Source of the DNA: a virus
Taxonomy: Duplodnaviria > Caudoviricetes
DNA: 55,754 bases
IMG/VR virus record: IMGVR_UViG_3300020176_000019
Span: 1-55,754 of that record
Direction: 5' to 3' (one strand)
The position numbers were made by a program, and so were the translations under genes. Positions 53,497 through 55,754 of the stretch are shown here, piece after piece; position 1 is the stretch's first letter, and every line of letters starts with the position of its first letter. The notes below the pieces were generated by a model. That model worked only from the letters and a program-made list of their open reading frames with translations. It was not told where the DNA came from and did not search any database.

Positions 53497-54819
53497 ATGA
53501 ATAAAGAACTCCTTGAGAAAGCCGCACGCCGCCTCCGGCAATATGGCGGCCTCGGCTACCAATCCTATCTCTCGATGCCAATCGAGGAGACGAGCGAAAC
53601 GCCCTACGGCGCGACTGATGGTCGTTCCCTCTACTTGAATCGGGAAGGGATCGACAAGCTAGCCCGCTCCGCCGATCCGGTCGGCTTCACGGCCTTCCTG
53701 TTCCTGCATGAAGCATTGCACGCAATGCTCCGCCATCCGATCCGATGCCGCGACATGGCCGACCGTGAGACTGCCAACATCGCCGTCGATTATCTGGTCA
53801 ACGGCCTGATCGATCAGATCAATCAGGAGACGGTCGGCCTTGTGCCGTTCCCGATCATTGAAGGGGCCTATCTTGACCGCGCTTTGAGCGATGGCCATGA
53901 TGCACTCTCGCTATACAACCTCCTTCTGGCCGACAAGCCGGAGGAGAGCGATGAGTCCGGCGATGAGTCTGGCGAGTCCGGCGAGTCCGGCGATGAGTCT
54001 GGCGAGTCCGGCGATGAGTCTGGCGATGAGTCCGGCGATGAGTCTGGCAATGAGTCTGGCAGCGGCAGCAAGCCATCCGATCCCGACGATCTCTCCGACA
54101 TTCACTCCGGCGATTTCTTCGAGCCGTCTCTCGAAGACGGTGAGACGGTCGAGGACTTCGACCGATCGGTCAATGAGACGATCGAGCAAAACGCCGCGCA
54201 AAACGAGATGGATAAGATTGCCGGAATCGGCGGCAGTGATGCCCTCTCGAAAGCTGTGGCCGATGCTCGCAATCAGTTCCAGAAGGTAGACTGGCGAGAT
54301 CACCTCTCGCAATGGCTTTCGTCTTCGATCGCCGGAGGCGAGTACGATGGCATCGATGCCTCATTCTACTCCGGAACCGGACTAGTGGAGGATGAGAGAT
54401 CCTGCCGCAATGTCGGCGAGCTTGTCGTGATCATCGACACGTCCGGATCGGTTGTAAATGACAACCCTTTCGTCACCTCCGCTCTCGACCAGATCGAGAC
54501 GTTGTCATCCGATGTCGCGCCGAAAACGATTCACGTTGTCCATGTCGATTACATCGTCCGGCACCATGAGGAGTTAAATGCTGGCGACCCCGTTGGCCGT
54601 GAGCTTCACGGCGGATGGGGAACGAAGTTCAAACCGGCCTTCGACTGGGTTGAGGAAAACGCGCCCGAGGCCAAGGGAATCGTTTACATCACCGATGGAC
54701 TAGCGAGCGACTGGTCAGAGGTAGACGAACCGCCGCTTCCTGTCTTGTGGCTTGACTACGGCTACCATACCCGCATCTACAAATTTGGCGAAGTCGCTTC
54801 GATCTATCGGGAGAGCTAA
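53497..54819 (+). CDS. DUF2201-like metallopeptidase (HExxH) + vWA-like domain protein
   Basis: Start ATG 53497 (MNKELLEK); ATDG..LY.N, FLHEALH, NIAVD..VN; MIDAS-like DTSGS, GGWGT.F, YITDG. Confidence 0.85.
   Translation: MNKELLEKAARRLRQYGGLGYQSYLSMPIEETSETPYGATDGRSLYLNREGIDKLARSADPVGFTAFLFLHEALHAMLRHPIRCRDMADRETANIAVDYLVNGLIDQINQETVGLVPFPIIEGAYLDRALSDGHDALSLYNLLLADKPEESDESGDESGESGESGDESGESGDESGDESGDESGNESGSGSKPSDPDDLSDIHSGDFFEPSLEDGETVEDFDRSVNETIEQNAAQNEMDKIAGIGGSDALSKAVADARNQFQKVDWRDHLSQWLSSSIAGGEYDGIDASFYSGTGLVEDERSCRNVGELVVIIDTSGSVVNDNPFVTSALDQIETLSSDVAPKTIHVVHVDYIVRHHEELNAGDPVGRELHGGWGTKFKPAFDWVEENAPEAKGIVYITDGLASDWSEVDEPPLPVLWLDYGYHTRIYKFGEVASIYRES
53950..54060 (+). repeat. 9/12-bp coding repeats (ESG/ESGD acidic linker)
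   Basis: GAGTCYGGC(GAT) units in tandem. Confidence 0.9.
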
Positions 54820-54832
54820 TCGTTTCACCGTT

Positions 54833-54879
54833 GCTCCCGCCTTCGGGCGGGGGTATAGGTGGATTGATCAGATCAATCC
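54833..54879 (+). promoter_or_regulatory. Intergenic double hairpin (UUCG stem + GGATTGATC-A-GATCAATCC)
   Basis: Two adjacent inverted repeats after the vWA gene; no U-tract. Confidence 0.6.
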
Positions 54880-54912
54880 TGCTTAACAATAAAACCAAGA
54901 AACCAATTAAAA

Positions 54913-55038
54913 ATGATTCCACGCAAACATTTAATAATCGTGTCGGTCCTTTACATTCCGGCTCTCGCGCTCATCTCATGGATCGGGCTAGATACTATCA
55001 CTCGTAAGATCCTTGAAATCCTCTTCTTCACATTCTAA
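54913..55038 (+). CDS. Small hydrophobic membrane peptide (41 aa, not in track)
   Basis: MIPRKHLIIVSVLYIPALALISWIGL..; A-rich leader like its neighbours. Confidence 0.5.
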   Translation: MIPRKHLIIVSVLYIPALALISWIGLDTITRKILEILFFTF

Positions 55039-55055
55039 ACCAAAAACCAAAAACC

Positions 55056-55310
55056 ATGAAAATAATAATTGAATCAATCGATTACGCAGATCCCGACATC
55101 TCGACCGATGTCGTGGATCAGGTCCACCTCTCGAACGGGACGACATTGCTCTTAGATTCGGGTAAACCAACCTACAACGTCTATGATCAATCGCTCGGCC
55201 CCGTCGAAGTCGGCGCGGAGTTAGTGCAGACAATAGTAGAAGGCGGAGAAGGAGACTACCGAACCCACATTTTCAAAAATGAATCTGTCTCGATAGATAT
55301 CCTTCACTGA
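55056..55310 (+). CDS. Early hypothetical protein
   Basis: 84 aa, preceded by AAACCAAAAACCAAAAACC. Confidence 0.6.
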   Translation: MKIIIESIDYADPDISTDVVDQVHLSNGTTLLLDSGKPTYNVYDQSLGPVEVGAELVQTIVEGGEGDYRTHIFKNESVSIDILH

Positions 55311-55320
55311 ACCCTGACCC

Positions 55321-55350
55321 CCGCACCTTGATTCCTGTATCAGGGTGCGG
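55321..55350 (+). promoter_or_regulatory. Intergenic hairpin
   Basis: CCGCACCTTGAT-TCCTGT-ATCAGGGTGCGG. Confidence 0.55.
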
Positions 55351-55397
55351 CAATCAGGAATCAGCCTGAGCTAAATAAACTAATAAGAGAAAAACCA

Positions 55398-55679
55398 ATG
55401 AAAGTATTAAGTAATAGCAAGATGGATATCACCATCGAAGTAACTCCATCCCCACCGTTTGAGGGGATAATCCGCTACACGGCAACCGCATGGGTGGGTG
55501 ATCAGTATACCTCGCATCTCTACCTACAGCGGGAGAGCTTTTGCCAAGAGTGGTCTGCGAATGAAGCGGCAAAAGAACTTAGCTCTTTTATGTCGAAGCA
55601 GTATCCGAAAGCTACGTTTAAAACTAAGCTGACCGAAAAGGTCGAGACTAAGTTCTCATCAATGAAATCAGTGATATGA
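55398..55679 (+). CDS. Early hypothetical protein
   Basis: 93 aa, A-rich leader. Confidence 0.6.
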   Translation: MKVLSNSKMDITIEVTPSPPFEGIIRYTATAWVGDQYTSHLYLQRESFCQEWSANEAAKELSSFMSKQYPKATFKTKLTEKVETKFSSMKSVI

Positions 55680-55754
55680 AATACGAAAAACAACCCAATA
55701 AGCCGGATTGGTATCGTTCCAACGATACTAAACTTTATTCCTCAGCCACGTCAG
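55676..55754 (+). CDS. Early hypothetical protein, truncated at window end
   Basis: ATGA overlap; MKYEKQPNKPDWYRSND open to the edge. Confidence 0.4.
   Translation, partial: MKYEKQPNKPDWYRSNDTKLYSSATS

Noticed and set aside
1-55754. Integrase, repressor, protelomerase, phage RNA polymerase, tRNA genes
   Set aside because: No supporting motifs recognised; they could lie outside the window

Overview
Fragment of a tailed dsDNA bacteriophage genome, probably podovirus-like (no tape measure or sheath seen; giant internal virion protein). No integrase, tRNA, rRNA or CRISPR array was recognised. Layout: (1) 1-9232, minus: internal virion proteins, including a >2315-aa polyvalent protein missing from the ORF track, with an ADP-ribosyltransferase-like domain and two zincin-like domains. 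(2) 9429-11868: terminase large subunit head-to-head with a TerS-like HTH gene. (3) 11882-22115, plus: replication module (RuvC-like resolvase, SF2 helicase, DnaA domain-IV-like proteins, Cas4-like exonuclease, SSB-like protein, Leu762-type PolA, primase-helicase). (4) 22086-49944, minus: late module (portal, scaffold, major capsid, tail and fibre proteins, a serine-rich-repeat protein next to glycosyltransferase/methyltransferase genes, lysis cassette). (5) ~50000-50650: 7-bp-periodic array, a likely genome-end or concatemer-junction region. (6) 50650-55754, plus: GC-rich early region with structured RNA leaders and a MoxR-AAA / DUF3150-like / metallopeptidase-vWA triad. Most notable: two 145-bp quasi-palindromic elements (9281-9425, 49546-49690) that are inverted copies ~40 kb apart; a repeated RNA architecture burying the AUG of two early genes in long stems; a candidate phage serine-rich-repeat glycoprotein system; and several sigma70-type promoters placed for leaderless transcripts. 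All family assignments come from motif recognition by eye, not database searches.
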